A stretch of 64,000 nt of DNA from Octopus vulgaris (Eukaryota), in assembly GCA_951406725.2 (NCBI GenBank), contig OX597834.1, forward strand, positions 7,626,001-7,690,000, given 5' to 3'. The notes beneath the pieces were generated by a model. That model was not told the DNA's origin. It was given only the letters and a program-made list of their open reading frames with translations, and searched no databases. Positions 27,884 through 40,686 of the stretch are shown one piece after another; the stretch's first letter is position 1, and each line of letters starts with the position of its first letter. The translations under genes were made by a program, and so were the position numbers.

Positions 27884-27960
27884 ATTGCATACCTCGGTTT
27901 CGGCCTTTAACAAAAGAATTACTTACATAATTCAAATGTCCGTGGCTTCATCAGTACAAT
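27884..27960 (-). ncRNA. Type-I hammerhead, canonical core (family H6; host element about 27728-28075 between TA tracts)
   Basis: ATTGTA-CTGATGA-A-GCC..GGC-C-GAAAC-CGAG-GTA/TGCAAT; 6-bp stem I. Confidence 0.8.
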
Positions 27961-28072
27961 AGTTCAGTGTAAATGCATTCTGGAAAAACTAACCTCAGCT
28001 TTCTGTGCCAAGACAGACACGTGCTTAGTTTTACTGATTACATTAGGGATAAAATTTCAAATGTCTTACTTC

Positions 28073-28127
<55 letters not shown>

Positions 28128-28131
<4 letters not shown>

Positions 28132-28571
28132 GAAATATGTTACAAAAAGAAAATATAAAATGAACGTGGAATTGTAAGGAGAAAATAAGAAAAATCAACG
28201 AAAATGCACATTGTAAATAAAAAAAGAAAAGGCTTTTTATGAAAGGTAACGATAGATATATACAATTAGATGAACTGAGGTAGTAATAGAAGTCATAAAA
28301 GTCACTATTATGAGATGATTAAAAATCAGAAAGCAAAGCATACCATGGTTTCGTCATAAGCTATTCATTGATTTGTGCTTTCAAAGCAATGAATAGCATA
28401 TGACGAAACCATGGTACGCTTTGTTTTCTGACTTTTTAATAATCTCATAATAATGACATTTATTACTACTTCAGTCAATCTAAATGTATATATCTGTCGA
28501 TACCTTTCATAAAAAGCCTTTTCTTTTTTTATTTACAATGTGCATTTTCGTTGATTTTTCTTATTTTCCTC

Positions 28572-28574
<3 letters not shown>
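28128..28574. mobile_element. Hairpin element (about 190-bp arms) in (TA)n with A3-U8 hammerhead variant (family H7)
   Basis: Arms 28178-28370 and 28387-28573. At 28383-28422: AAAGCA-ATGAATA-GCATATGAC-GAAAC-CATG-GTA/CGCTTT (TGCTTT in the other arm). Confidence 0.72.
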
Positions 28575-28606
<32 letters not shown>

Positions 28607-28908
28607 AAGAGAATTGTATCTGACCATTCAAAATACGACAATCAAGGCACTCCCAAATTTTTCCACCCCCTCTCCTCATCAACCTTCTTCTTCTTCTTCT
28701 TCTTCTTCTTCTTCTTCTTCTTCTTCTTCTTCTTCTTCTTCTTCTTCTTCTTCTTCTACCCTACCAAGAATTCACAACGAACTCGAACACACAAGTGCAA
28801 ACAAGGGACACAGAGAAAGGCAGAATGCCACTTATATTTGAACACTATACAAAAATTCCCTTAAAAAAACTTTTCTTTTAATTTTTCTAAATTTAATTAT
28901 TTAATCGT

Positions 28909-28950
28909 TACAGTTGAAAAGGTCTCAAAATGACCGAAACCGGTACTGAA
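28909..28950 (+). ncRNA. Minimal hammerhead, U3-A8 variant (family H8)
   Basis: CAG-TTGAAAA-GGTC tcaaaat GACC-GAAAC-CG-GTA/CTG. Confidence 0.7.
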
Positions 28951-28996
28951 ATGTTCTTTATAAAATTATTTTAGCATTTTCTATCTTGACTTGTTT

Positions 28997-29033
<37 letters not shown>

Positions 29034-29363
29034 CAGCAAATAGTAAATCCGAAAGAGTTACACACTCTAGATTATAGAGCAGTTGTGTAATTAGATAAAC
29101 ATAGTCGTTACTGGTCTGTGGGATTACCCTGGGTTTTCTGTCCATGAAACGTTTCTTCAGACCCTAATGGCCGATGGCCTATAACCTCTCCTTAAATTGG
29201 AAGGAGAAAAACTATATGTATATGTTTAGAAGGTTGCTTGTTGTGGCTGGTCAGAGAATGATCATTGGTTTTACACCGATAAAGTGTTCAGCTGTCTAGG
29301 TAAAATATCAGATTCAGCTTTGAGCCTAAGGAGTCACCCATACAGCTCAGTATACCAATACCT

Positions 29364-29547
29364 ACAACAACAACATCGAAAAATACCTTAGGAATGAGAA
29401 CCCAGGTTCGAAATTTCCCCAAAACACCTGATGAAGGCTGTAGGGTATATCAGTCGAAATGTTGTGTTAAAAATAATCAAGAGGAGGAGAAATATCCGTC
29501 AATTGTAAATAAGGTACATAATTTCTCATCTCTTAAATATAGAATTA
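29364..29547 (+). mobile_element. Family H4 single copy with hammerhead at 29423-29468
   Basis: AACAC-CTGATGA-A-GGCTG..CAGTC-GAAAT-GTT/GTGTT followed by the H4 3' tail CTCATCTCTTAAATATAGAA. Confidence 0.8.
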
Positions 29548-30770
29548 TATTCTATAATCTTTATTCTGTAATCTGACAAATTATTTTGCAGTTCAACATA
29601 AAATTTTGTATATGATGACAACATCTCGTGTACCATAGATTAGTAATCTCATTAAATCATTGTGGAGAAATTTTCTGTGATCGTTGTTTCTAGCTCATTT
29701 TGTTCTGATTCTAATTACCACAAAACTGAACTTCAAATTTCACCCTTTCGGGATTGATAAATTAGTAGTGGGACGATGGTATCGACTCATGCCTTTTCTT
29801 AACATACGCTGAACTTGTGCTTAAATAGAGAAAATATTATTGCATCATTTCCTACTATTTCACCAATGAACAAGTTGTCTTGTCCCGAGTGTTCCTTTTT
29901 AGATTATCTTATATTACATACAAAATATCAACACAACTGTTTTAATGCCATAATATTTTCTATATATTGTATTTGGCGTTTTTATTTCTTGTATGTTGTA
30001 TACACACACACGCACACACACACATATTATATATATATATATATATATATAAAAACATTTAATATATAACATATATATACACACACACACATATATACAT
30101 ATATATATATATATATGTGCAAGAAGTAAAAATACCAAAAACATTATAAAGAATATATATTATGGCGTTAAAATAGTTGTGTTGATATTTAGTGTGTATG
30201 TGTGTGGGGAATGTTTATTTTTATTTCTGTTTCTTAAAATTCTAGCCCAGCATGAAACAGGAAATATTTGCCTATATTTGAAAGTTCTTTTGAAATCAGA
30301 ATCTTCTTATTGTTTGCCGATCACTTAGTTTTTAACCAGTTTTGAAAGTTGCCCTAACGAAATATAATCTCTTTAATGGACAATATGATATTCTATAAAT
30401 TTCAGTCTTTGCTTCAACAAAATACTCTACTATCTTTAGTGTAATCAGCTAATACATGAATGGCTCTCCACCCCACTTACACAGACAGACAGACACACGA
30501 GTGTGTGTCTGTAAAACAGAGTACGCATATGTAGGATCATGTGTAAGTGTACGTGAGTATGTATAAGTGTACGTGGATATGCATATAATATATATATATG
30601 TATGTGTGTGTGAGTGTGTGAGTGCGTATGTATGGTCCAAATAGGATATGCAATCTATGCGGGTGTCATTTCAGAACATTTTCTGGTTTAAAAAGCTACA
30701 TCAGATGCCATAATGGTGCTAAGGTGTAGGTACAGGACGTGGTCAAACTCTACATAAGTAGACAACCACA

Positions 30771-30820
<50 letters not shown>

Positions 30821-31047
30821 TATATGAAAGAATGGAGGTGAATGTCGAAAATAAAGGAATTTTGTTAATTCGTCGTTCAGCTCCATTCTTTTATATATTT
30901 TTAAAATAAACATACAAATTTCCACACGAAAGCACGTAATCTATGACAAAGGCACGTAACTTCAACCGTGTTTCTTCTGATGTGAATTTGCTACCCAGGT
31001 ATCGGTTAATTCGAATTATCCTTAATAAGATAATTCATTCAACTACT

Positions 31048-31114
<67 letters not shown>

Positions 31115-31165
31115 GTGTGTGTGTGTGTGTGTGTGAGTGTGTGTGTATGTGTATGTGTATGTATG

Positions 31166-31201
<36 letters not shown>

Positions 31202-31202
<1 letters not shown>

Positions 31203-31431
31203 GCGGCGAGCTGGCAGAAAGTTTAGCACGCCGGGCGAAATGCATAGCCGTATTTCGTCTGCCGTTACGTTCCGAGTTCAATTTCCACCGAGGTCGACTT
31301 TGCCTTTCATCCTTTCGGGATCGATAAATTAAGTACCGTTTGCGCACTGGGGTCGATGTAATCGACTTAATCCCTTTGTCTGTCCTTATTTGTCCCCTCT
31401 GTGTTTAGCCCATTGTGAGTAGTAAAGAAAA

Positions 31432-31432
<1 letters not shown>
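31202..31432 (+). mobile_element. SINE family B, full length
   Basis: Near-identical to 53162-53391. Confidence 0.92.
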
Positions 31433-31462
<30 letters not shown>

Positions 31463-31759
31463 TGTATGTATGTATGTATGTATGTATGTATGTATGTATG
31501 CATGTATGTATGTATGTATGTCTTGCGAGTGTGAGACCAAGGCTGTTTAGATTTTCAAGTGATTTTTTGAGGGCAATGCATTGCTATCACATAGAAAGAC
31601 GGTGACTATGTGTTTCCCTGGAGTAGTCTAACACAGATATCAAAGAAACATGTATTTCCGTCCAGAACCTTACCGTTGATTTGGTTTTGTTTACCGTATT
31701 ATAATCGCTGCTGCAGTTTCCTTAGGCATACATGGGTCAGTAGTAGAAGATCGATATCG

Positions 31760-32702
31760 GACAATCGGCTCTAAAAGATAAAAAAAACTATTTAGACTAT
31801 GCTGATGATTTAACCTTGCTCTATAACACAATATCAAACACCACTCAATTATTTCATCGTCTATAATTAGCTGCATATGATACTGAACTGCTTGTAAATC
31901 CTAATAAAACCAAATTCGTTGTTCACAATCAGCAAGAATCCATCACCAACACCAGCGGAGCTACCATCAATCAAGTTAATGATTTCAAGTACATCGGTTC
32001 TGAGATAACCTCAGCTATAAACGATGTAAAATATCGGACAGTCAAAGCATTGTTGGCCCTAAATAAACTGAATGTTGTTCGGAAATAAACTTTGTCTGAC
32101 AAACTTAGGAGGATTTTTTCAGTGCAACAATTAAGTCAGTCCTTTTATATAGATCAACAATTTTTATGCTTACCAAAAAGTGGAATCCAAGATAGATGGA
32201 ATTTACACCCGAATTCTTAGAGCAGTCTTAAACATATATTGGAAGACTCATTCCACCAAGAAACAGCTGTATGGAAATCTTTAGTTTGTTTCCACCATTC
32301 TAAGATAAAGTCACGAGAGTGACGATGTGTGATTAATAAAAGTAATGTTTCTCCGAATTAAGCTGTTTCTTATCTATATACCAAATAAACTCTTGTTTTG
32401 ACTCAACAACACTTTTTTATAACTAAAATAAACTCGGCAACTAGGTCGAGCCCCCAAATTTTCAGGTCATATTCGGACAATATTTCGATTTGCTTCCAAT
32501 TTTTTACCTTTTTTCCAAACAAAAGTTGGTAAGGGCTATGGATACCAAAGCACGGTTGCACTGGAATAGGTCGTCCAGGCACAAGATATGTAGAGAAATT
32601 CACCAGAGACACGGGATGCCTCCTCGAAAATCACCCTCCACGAATGCAGAGTTGAGATGGAAATCGCCTGCATGTAAGAATGCTTGAGCAAACTCGACTA
32701 GA
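31760..32702 (+). pseudogene. RTE-like LINE reverse transcriptase 3' relic, interrupted at about 32306-32517
   Basis: LDYADDLTLL (31792), VN.NKTK, FKYIGS, LRAVLNIYWK, then WIPKHG..GRP.TRYVE..DTG after the insert; stops and frameshifts. Confidence 0.88.
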
Positions 32703-32876
32703 TAATATGGATGTGTATATACCTATCTATATGTGTACGTTAATAAGCATATGTTTTATATATATGCTTGTGTGTGTGTGTGCATGTGTGTGTGGTTGTG
32801 CATATATACACACACAAACACACACAGACACACAGACAGACATATATATATATATATAAGTACTTAAATATATAAT

Positions 32877-32928
<52 letters not shown>

Positions 32929-33129
32929 AAGAGTGAGTAAAGGTGTGTGTTCTGGTGTAAGATTTTTTTGCGTGTATGTGTAAATGGTACTCTCTCACTC
33001 TCACGCACACATTATCTTTCATACACACTTACACAGCGGAGGTAAAAGTAAGCACCCTAACCCTAAACACCGGGCGTGCGTATTCTTTACCTTCACCCAT
33101 AAATAAATATGCATACATCTCGTTTGTGC

Positions 33130-33168
<39 letters not shown>

Positions 33169-33774
33169 TGTGTGTGTGTGTATGTGTGTGTCTGTGTGTG
33201 TGTGACTGTATTTCCTCAAAACATATAGTAAAACGGATGTCTTTTAATGCAATTCTTTTGTTAGTGGCCTGTTTTAATACACTATTTGTGTACATTTTCA
33301 TAAATAAATGTTTGTCTGAAACATCGGAAAGGGTAAAAAATTGGAAGCAGATCGAAATTTTGTCCAAATATGACCTGAAAATTGTGGGACCCAACCTAGT
33401 TGCCGAGTTTATTTTAGCTATAAAAAGATTTGTTGTGTCAAAACAAAAGTTTATTTGGTAAATAGATAATAAACAGCTTTATTATAATACATAAGTGACT
33501 AATTCGGAGAAACATTACTTTCATAATCACACATCGTCACTCTCGTAATGCAACACTTTCTAATTTTTGTTCAAACTGAAAGTGTGAAACTAGTTTCATT
33601 TTCTAATGGAATCAGATCGTTGTAGAGAAGTGTATTTTAAATAACTATAGCTGATTGTTGAGATAACGTTGAAATATGTAAGTGAAAGTACAGTTTATTT
33701 GACATGTGTAATTGATTTGATTTCTCCGGTCTTAACAACACGTCATTTGACGACACCTTTTTGTTTTTAATTAG

Positions 33775-34008
33775 CTACCGTGTTGCAGGTTCAATCCATG
33801 GAATATTGAAATAATATCCATCTTGTCCAATCCACAGAATAAGAGTATACAGGAGAGCATGATAAGAGGAATGAGTCTGTGCAACACGTGTAAGGTTGTT
33901 ATCCTGAACAAAAATGAGAATATCATGATCTTCATGGGGATCATCAACCATAAGGATGGTAACTTCATTAGATGCAAGCTCATTAAAACAGCGTAAAATG
34001 TTCTTCAT
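33775..34008 (-). pseudogene. Helitron Rep/helicase N-terminal fragment
   Basis: FN..ASNEVTILMV..DI..RVAQTHSSYHALLYTLILW.GQDGY matches the Helitron 'NEVA..H.SYDALQYPL.F..G.DGY' motif. Confidence 0.8.
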
Positions 34009-36229
34009 TATAGTTTACTATAGAGGTAAGGAACGCAGAAACACACTTTTAGAATTGATAATATTGAAAACAGTAAAATGTACACATACGAAGTTCAAGC
34101 GAAACGAAATGTAGTCAATATAGTGACAGATCATACTTTCTGTAGCATCGTCATGCTATAAATAATGAAAAGTCATCAATTTAGGAAAATGTACTAACTG
34201 TCGTCAATATAGGTGCAAAACAGTTTCTGTGGCATAGTTATGCTATACAAAAATGGAAAGTCACCAATTTACCAAAAGTTACTATGCGTCACCAACGTAT
34301 CGAAGTACAGAATGTCAACATCTATTTGGAACATGTATTAAATGATTTAAAATTCAGGAATGAATATCACGGTGAAGAAAGTCCAAGAAAATCCAGAAGG
34401 CGTAATTCAATTTTTCATACACAAATAATTTATTTCACAATTTTAAAACGAACGCTGAACCAAGTATATTGAAAGGAAGATGCTGTTGTGGTAACGTTAA
34501 TTTGAAATATTTTCTGAAGGATGTTTGTAGCAAGATATAAATTAATTTGACATTATTACATATTTTTAAACTGTGTAACGTTATATGCTGTAGAATAAAC
34601 ACAGACTAACGCAATAAAAAGAATGTGCGACGTTGATACTCAAAGTGACGAAGAAGCTTGGGAGGACTGCTAAAGATTATCTTGAAACTGGTTTGAAGGA
34701 GTTGAAATAAATTTTCTATAATTATATTGAACGACCTGCTAATGTTTTCTACTTCGCCAAGTTTCCGCATTTTTTTATAAAAACCAAAACAACATTTTTT
34801 TCAATATATATGTGTGAGTATTGTTAGTGGTGTTAAATCAATCAGATTTTCTTGTTGGTAGTACTTGAAAGTGAACGCTGTTCGTTTAAACTCCAGGCCA
34901 CAAGTAAACTTTTAATTACGGCGCGTTTCACTGTTGGGCGAGAGTAAGTTACCTACACAGAATAAGAGACACACACATACATTGACGCACACCTGAAGCC
35001 GATTTTGGACCCTATGTGTGTCGGTGGTTACAAAGATGTATGCATATTGACAGATACATACACCGTCGCACACATATACTTGTCAGTTATCGGCCTAACG
35101 TAAGAAACGAACGCGCGAACACTCTCATATAAAAAATGTGACGTCATGCCGCTGTGGTAGTGATATAAAATGTCATTTACGACAAACAGAGTGGGTGAGA
35201 GAGACAAAGAGCGCGAAGGAGAGAGAGAGAGGGAAAGAGCGAATGAGAGAAAAAGCGAGAGAGAGAGGAGGGTGAGAGGGCAGAAAGGAAGACAAAGGAC
35301 AAAAGTAGACGTTGCACGAAAAGATAAATTAACAGAATGTTAACAAAATAAAATGGTGCGTGGAATTATATTAAATAATATGTTCAAAATTTTTAGGCGC
35401 GATGCCTATTTCTGTCCTTTCTCTTCCTTTCTCTCCCGTTCTTCCCCCTTCTCTCTCTCTCTCTCTCTCCCATCTTCCTTTCCCAACACTTTACTGCGTG
35501 CTGCTGTCTCTCAGTATTTTGCTTTCCTTTCTCACGCCTCTCCGTTACTCTCTGTATCTCTCTCACTTTGCCCTCTTCCACTATTCTCTCTCTTACCCCT
35601 GACACGTGACACGTGGTCATTGTCACCTTTCACGCCCATTTCCTTTTCACGTCGGGTTTCTCTTGTCTCCCACTTTCAAGACATTTCCTTGCCTCTATGC
35701 AGTTCCCTTCGTTTCTAACCCTTTCAGTAGTCACTTTTACCAATACAAAAAAAGCAAAGCAAACTTAGACACCTATGTCATTTAGTAACTAATAAGGGCT
35801 GTATGTTAGATGTCTACTAGATCTATTCACCAGACATTGTAAAGAATTTCAATAGATAAAACTACTAATACTCTAAATAATACAATCTTACAACAGCATA
35901 CGAATATCACAGTATTTCAAACCTCTATCTTACCTATGACTGATCTATTTCTATACAACGTATTAAATTTCTACTGTTCCTCGTATAACGTAATTTATTT
36001 CACATTGCAAATGTATTTTGCTTACTCTTTGCCAATACATACTATTGCTATCTTCCTCAACATCTTCTGTTCCTCTTTAATATCTCAACGTATTTAGTTG
36101 GCAAAATAATCAGAATAAATTTCAACATATTGGAAGAGGAAATATTCAATTTGTATTGAAAAGTACTGCATCGATATTCTACAGAGAAAGAAGAAAAAAA
36201 TGTAAAGAAAGAAGAAAAGTTTAAAAGAC

Positions 36230-36760
36230 AGGAAAACAAAATAGATATCGTGGAATAATAGAATTTTTTTCAAGTCTGATTCACCGAACAATAGAAACCG
36301 AAGCATGTAACATCGAGTTGCAATCTGATATAGTGTAAGTACTTCTAATCTAACACAGAAAGAAAGTTCCTATTACTGATCAGAAAGCATTTTACAGTCA
36401 GCCTCAGTTGCAAAACTCTATTAAAACTATCCCAAACAATAAATAATACCTTAATAGGTATTACATAAAAAAAAAACAGAACTTGACAAAATAGAATATA
36501 CCGGAATTTGAATGTAACTGAATCAAGAAAGCAATCTAGCAGATTAATAGAAAATGTTTCACTAAAGATCGTGTGTATCAGTCTAGAGATTCTACCAAAT
36601 ATTCTATTCAAAATGCTAATTAGGCTTACAAAGAAGACACTTAAAAGACCAATTATGTAACACAATCTACGAAAATCGTCCATCTTTCTCTCAACATATC
36701 TGGTATTTCAAAGCAGAGCTTCAATAAAAATATGGAATATTTGTGAATTAGAAAAGAAAA
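36230..36760 (+). pseudogene. Penelope-like element linker and GIY-YIG endonuclease relic
   Basis: Ordered fragments RKFLLLIRKHF (36361), CN.., KCFTKDRVYQ (36552), IRLT.KT.K and SQHIWYFK; heavily mutated. Confidence 0.65.
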
Positions 36761-37039
36761 CTGGCGTTTTAAGAATATTTTAGAGATTCTTTACAGAGGT
36801 ATGAAACTCAATGAGTTTGTATTAAGTGTTATGTTGTAGTCGTTTGCAACGTGTTATGTCATCTGCGAACCAACGGACTGGCAAGAAGGGATCCTTTATG
36901 TAACAAATCGCACTGCTAGAAATAGCAAGCAAAACTTCCTTCAGCTATGCACTCACGCTTTGAAAAGCGATAGGAATATTGTATAATATATTTCTAGGTA
37001 CACAATGCAAGAGAGAGAGATAGAGAGAGAGAGAAAGAA

Positions 37040-37072
<33 letters not shown>

Positions 37073-37435
37073 AAGAGAGAGAGATGGCAGAGAAGGTGAA
37101 GAAAGGAAGTGAAAGATGAGATAATTTTATAGCTGGAATGCCCTTTACTTCTGAGTCTGCTGAGTCAAGACTGAGCTGGTGGATAGCAACTACAACTAAC
37201 GAATAATTAGAAACCTGTGATCATAAATCAGGAATACATTAACAGGTACAAAATCGTTCATAAATTATCTCCAGCTTTTCTTTTCAATTCGCAGGTGAAA
37301 TTTTGAAATTACTAGTCACTGGTTAGCTGGCGACATCATTTGATTTAAAACCCCAGTGTACTGAGATAGACAATTATGCAAGTAGTAACGTAGCCAAGTA
37401 CACTAGTCGACATTAGTGGAGTCCAACATTTATAA

Positions 37436-37833
37436 TCTTTATATATAAAAGTAAGGTTGTGTGTCTGTCTCCTTCGATTTAGATTCCTAACTACTCCCAC
37501 ATTTTGCGGTGCAGTTTAACCAAAACCGGGTATCTTATAGTCGTGATTCATATCGATCCCTTTTGGGTATTAGCGCGCGTCTACGATGAGTCTATGATTT
37601 TAAAAATAATTTACCATCATCTGTTTCCATTTTAATGCATTTTTTCGCTATTATATAAGGGAAGTAACTATCTAAAAATGTCTACGATGAGTCACGATTT
37701 AAAAGAAAATTTACCATAATTTATTTTTCCATTTTTAATGCATTTTCTTTGCTATTTTTTGGCTATAACTCTCTAAAAATGCTTTATAGTTATTTCCCTT
37801 ACAAACCCGAGCAATGCCGGGCGATACTGCTAT
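37436..37833 (+). mobile_element. Non-autonomous Helitron
   Basis: A|TCTTTATATATAAAAG 5' end, internal direct repeat, 3' hairpin CCCG..CGGG followed by CTAT|T (CTAG-like). Confidence 0.8.
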
Positions 37834-37877
37834 TTTTAGTATTGAAGCTGTTTTTGCATTGTATCAATTTCTTCTAG

Positions 37878-38095
37878 GCAGCGAGCTGGCAGAATCATTC
37901 GCACGCCGGACAAAATGCTTAGCGGCATTTCGTCCCTCCTTTACGTTTTGTATTCAGAGTCTAGCGAGGTCCATCTTGCCTTTCATCCCTTTCAGGGTCG
38001 ATAGATAAGTACCAGTTGAGCACTGGTGTCGATGTAAACGAATGACCCACAACCCCAAAACTACTGGCCTTGTGTCAAAATCTGAAACCTATATT
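37878..38095 (+). mobile_element. SINE family B subfamily, degenerate
   Basis: GGCAGCGAGCTGGCAGAATC head and GCCTTTCATCC core. Confidence 0.8.
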
Positions 38096-38300
38096 AATTT
38101 CCTCTGGATCTCTAAATACAAAGGCCTCACACATTCATGTCTCACAATTTGAAAAGCTGGAAGTTTAATACTTTTCGATATGCTTCTCGCAAAAGGATAT
38201 ATTTATCGCGTGAAACTTACACATACTTATACACACACTCGCACACTCACACATACATACACATACATATAGCTTATGCATACTAATATTTGCATACTAA

Positions 38301-38580
38301 ATCCCGGACCGGGGTGCGTGTTGTGTTCTTGAGCAAGACACTTTATTTCACGTTGCTCCAGTTCACTAACCTGTGGAAATGAGTTGCGACGTCGCAAGTG
38401 CCAAGCTGTATCGGCCCTTGCCTTTCCCTTGGACAACATCGGTGACGTGGAGAGGGGAGGCCGGTATGCATGGGCGACTGCTGGTCTTCCATAAAACAAC
38501 CTTGCCCAGATTTGTGCCTCAGAGGGTAACTCTCTAGGTGCAAACCGATGGTCAGTGTCTGACCGAAGGGGGTCACCACC
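38301..38580 (+). mobile_element. SINE family C (5'-truncated, V-domain-like core)
   Basis: GTGTTCTTGAGCAAGACACTTTATTTCAC..TGCTCCAG resembles the V-SINE central domain (from memory); GC-rich island. Confidence 0.6.
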
Positions 38581-38865
38581 ACTAATATTTTAAATTTCTG
38601 TTCGTATGTACTGCTTATGAATATGCAGCAGAGTGTCCAAACCAGACCTTGATTGTGAAGACATGAAGCGAATTGTCATTCTGCTGACATCACCTATCAC
38701 GACAGTAAATGTGTTCAATTTCTCAGTTATACTTGCCCTTGATCTGTGGGATCTGAAACGGGGTCCATTTGAATTTTGGGGATCCTTGTAAAATTTTGTT
38801 GTTAAAATTTATGTGCATAAACTGGTTATAGTGTACAAAACAAAACATTAAAAGAATTCTTCATA

Positions 38866-39251
38866 GGCGCAGGAGTGGCTGTGTGGTAATTAGCTTGCTT
38901 ACCAACCACATGGTTCGGATTCAGTCCCACTGCGTGGCACTTTGGGTAAGTGTCTTCTACTATAGCCTCGGGCCGACCAAAGCTTTGTGAGTGGATTTGG
39001 TAGACGGAAACTGAAAGAAGCCTGTCGTGTATATGTATATATATATGTGCGTGTTTGTGTGTCTGTGTTTGTCCTCCCAACATCGCTTGACAACCGATGC
39101 TGGTGTGTTCATGTCCCCGTAACTTAGCGGTGCGGCAAAATAGACCGACAGAATAAGTACTGGGCTTACAAAGAATAAGCCCTGGGGTCGATGTGCTCCA
39201 GCATGGCCGCAGTCAAATGACTGAAACAATTAAAAGAGAGTAAAGAGAGTA
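38866..39251 (+). mobile_element. SINE family A, full length
   Basis: High identity to the other copies. Confidence 0.92.
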
Positions 39252-39327
39252 TACACTTCTTAATAATGTTTGATTATAAAAGTATAATATGATGTTTTAA
39301 ACATTGAATGGGTATGAGGCTCAATGT

Positions 39328-39697
39328 GGAGGCGCAATGGCCCAGTGGTCAGGGCAGCTGACTCGCGGTCGTAGGATCGCGGTTTCGATTCCCAGACCGG
39401 GCGTTGTGAGTGTTTATTGAGCGAAAACACCTAAAGCTCCACGAGACTCCGGCAGGGATGGTGGTGATCCCTGCTGTACTCTTTCACCACAACTTTCACT
39501 CACTCTTACTTCCTGTTTCTGTTGTACCTCTATTTCAAAGGGCCGGTCTTGTCACTCTCTGTGTCACGCTGAAGGTTAAGGGTACACGTGTCTGTGGAGT
39601 GCTCAGCCACTTACAGGTTAATTTCAAGAGCAGGCTGTTCCGTTGATCGGATCAACCGGAACCCTCGTCGTCGTAACCGACGGAGTGCTTCCACTCC
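39328..39697 (+). mobile_element. tRNA-derived SINE family D
   Basis: A box TGGCCCAGTGG, B box GTTTCGATTCC, followed by an about 300-bp non-tRNA body. Confidence 0.75.
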
Positions 39698-40433
39698 CAT
39701 GAGGTTTGAGGGTTAGGGTGGAGCGAAAAAGGAGCTGTTATCGAGATTTTTGAAATATGTTTTCAAAAATATAATTTGTACTGCGAAATCATTTCAAAAA
39801 CTGCGATAAAATCTGCAGTTCTTAAAATTACATCTTCAGGCTCCTCAGACAACTTTAAATTTTGAATAGTAAGCGAAAAATCAATTTATAGCACGTTTGC
39901 GCTTCCTCATTGTGTTTTTCTACATTTCTTGTTACGAATAAGTTTTCATTTGCAAAATTGTTTAAATGCGAGAGTGTTAAGATTTCAAGCTCTACAATTT
40001 ATATTTTCAAACTCCGCAACGCACTTGAAATTTCAAAATTATGTGAAATAAATAGACTTTTCGACTTGTTTTTTAAAATCATTTTCAATAGTAGGTCACT
40101 GAATATATGTGTTACATGAGGTGTAGATTACAAACACATTAAAATATAATTAAACGTAAACCGATTTTTGATTCTTGACACATCTTGGTGAAAAAATAAT
40201 TAGCATTTCCAATTTATTTTAATTCCAGGTTTTAAAGGAGTTACACTTACAAAAGGCAATGCCAAATAGTTTGTTACATTGTTTTCAAAAACATTACACT
40301 TTGTTTGAAACGATGGCAAATTTGTTTCTATTTTTCACAGATTTTAGTAATACTTGGTAGTTTAGATAAACAATTTAAGATTTTCGGTTTAATTGAGACA
40401 ATCGTAACGCAAGGGATGGATGCCTTTTACTAT

Positions 40434-40566
40434 TTGCTCTTTTACTTGTTTCAGTCATTTGACTGTGGCCATGCTGAAGCACTGCCTTTAGTCGAGCAAA
40501 TCGATCCCCTGGACTTATTCTTTGTAAGCCTAGTACTTATTTAATCGGTCTCTTTTGCCGGACCGC
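40434..40566 (-). mobile_element. SINE A 3' fragment
   Basis: Matches the family A tail and breaks into (TA)n. Confidence 0.8.
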
Positions 40567-40578
40567 TATATATATATG

Positions 40579-40616
<38 letters not shown>

Positions 40617-40623
40617 TATATAC

Positions 40624-40681
<58 letters not shown>

Positions 40682-40686
<5 letters not shown>

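Noticed and set aside
39328-39400. Possible tRNA gene
   Set aside because: No closed acceptor stem or poly-T terminator; it continues into a SINE body.
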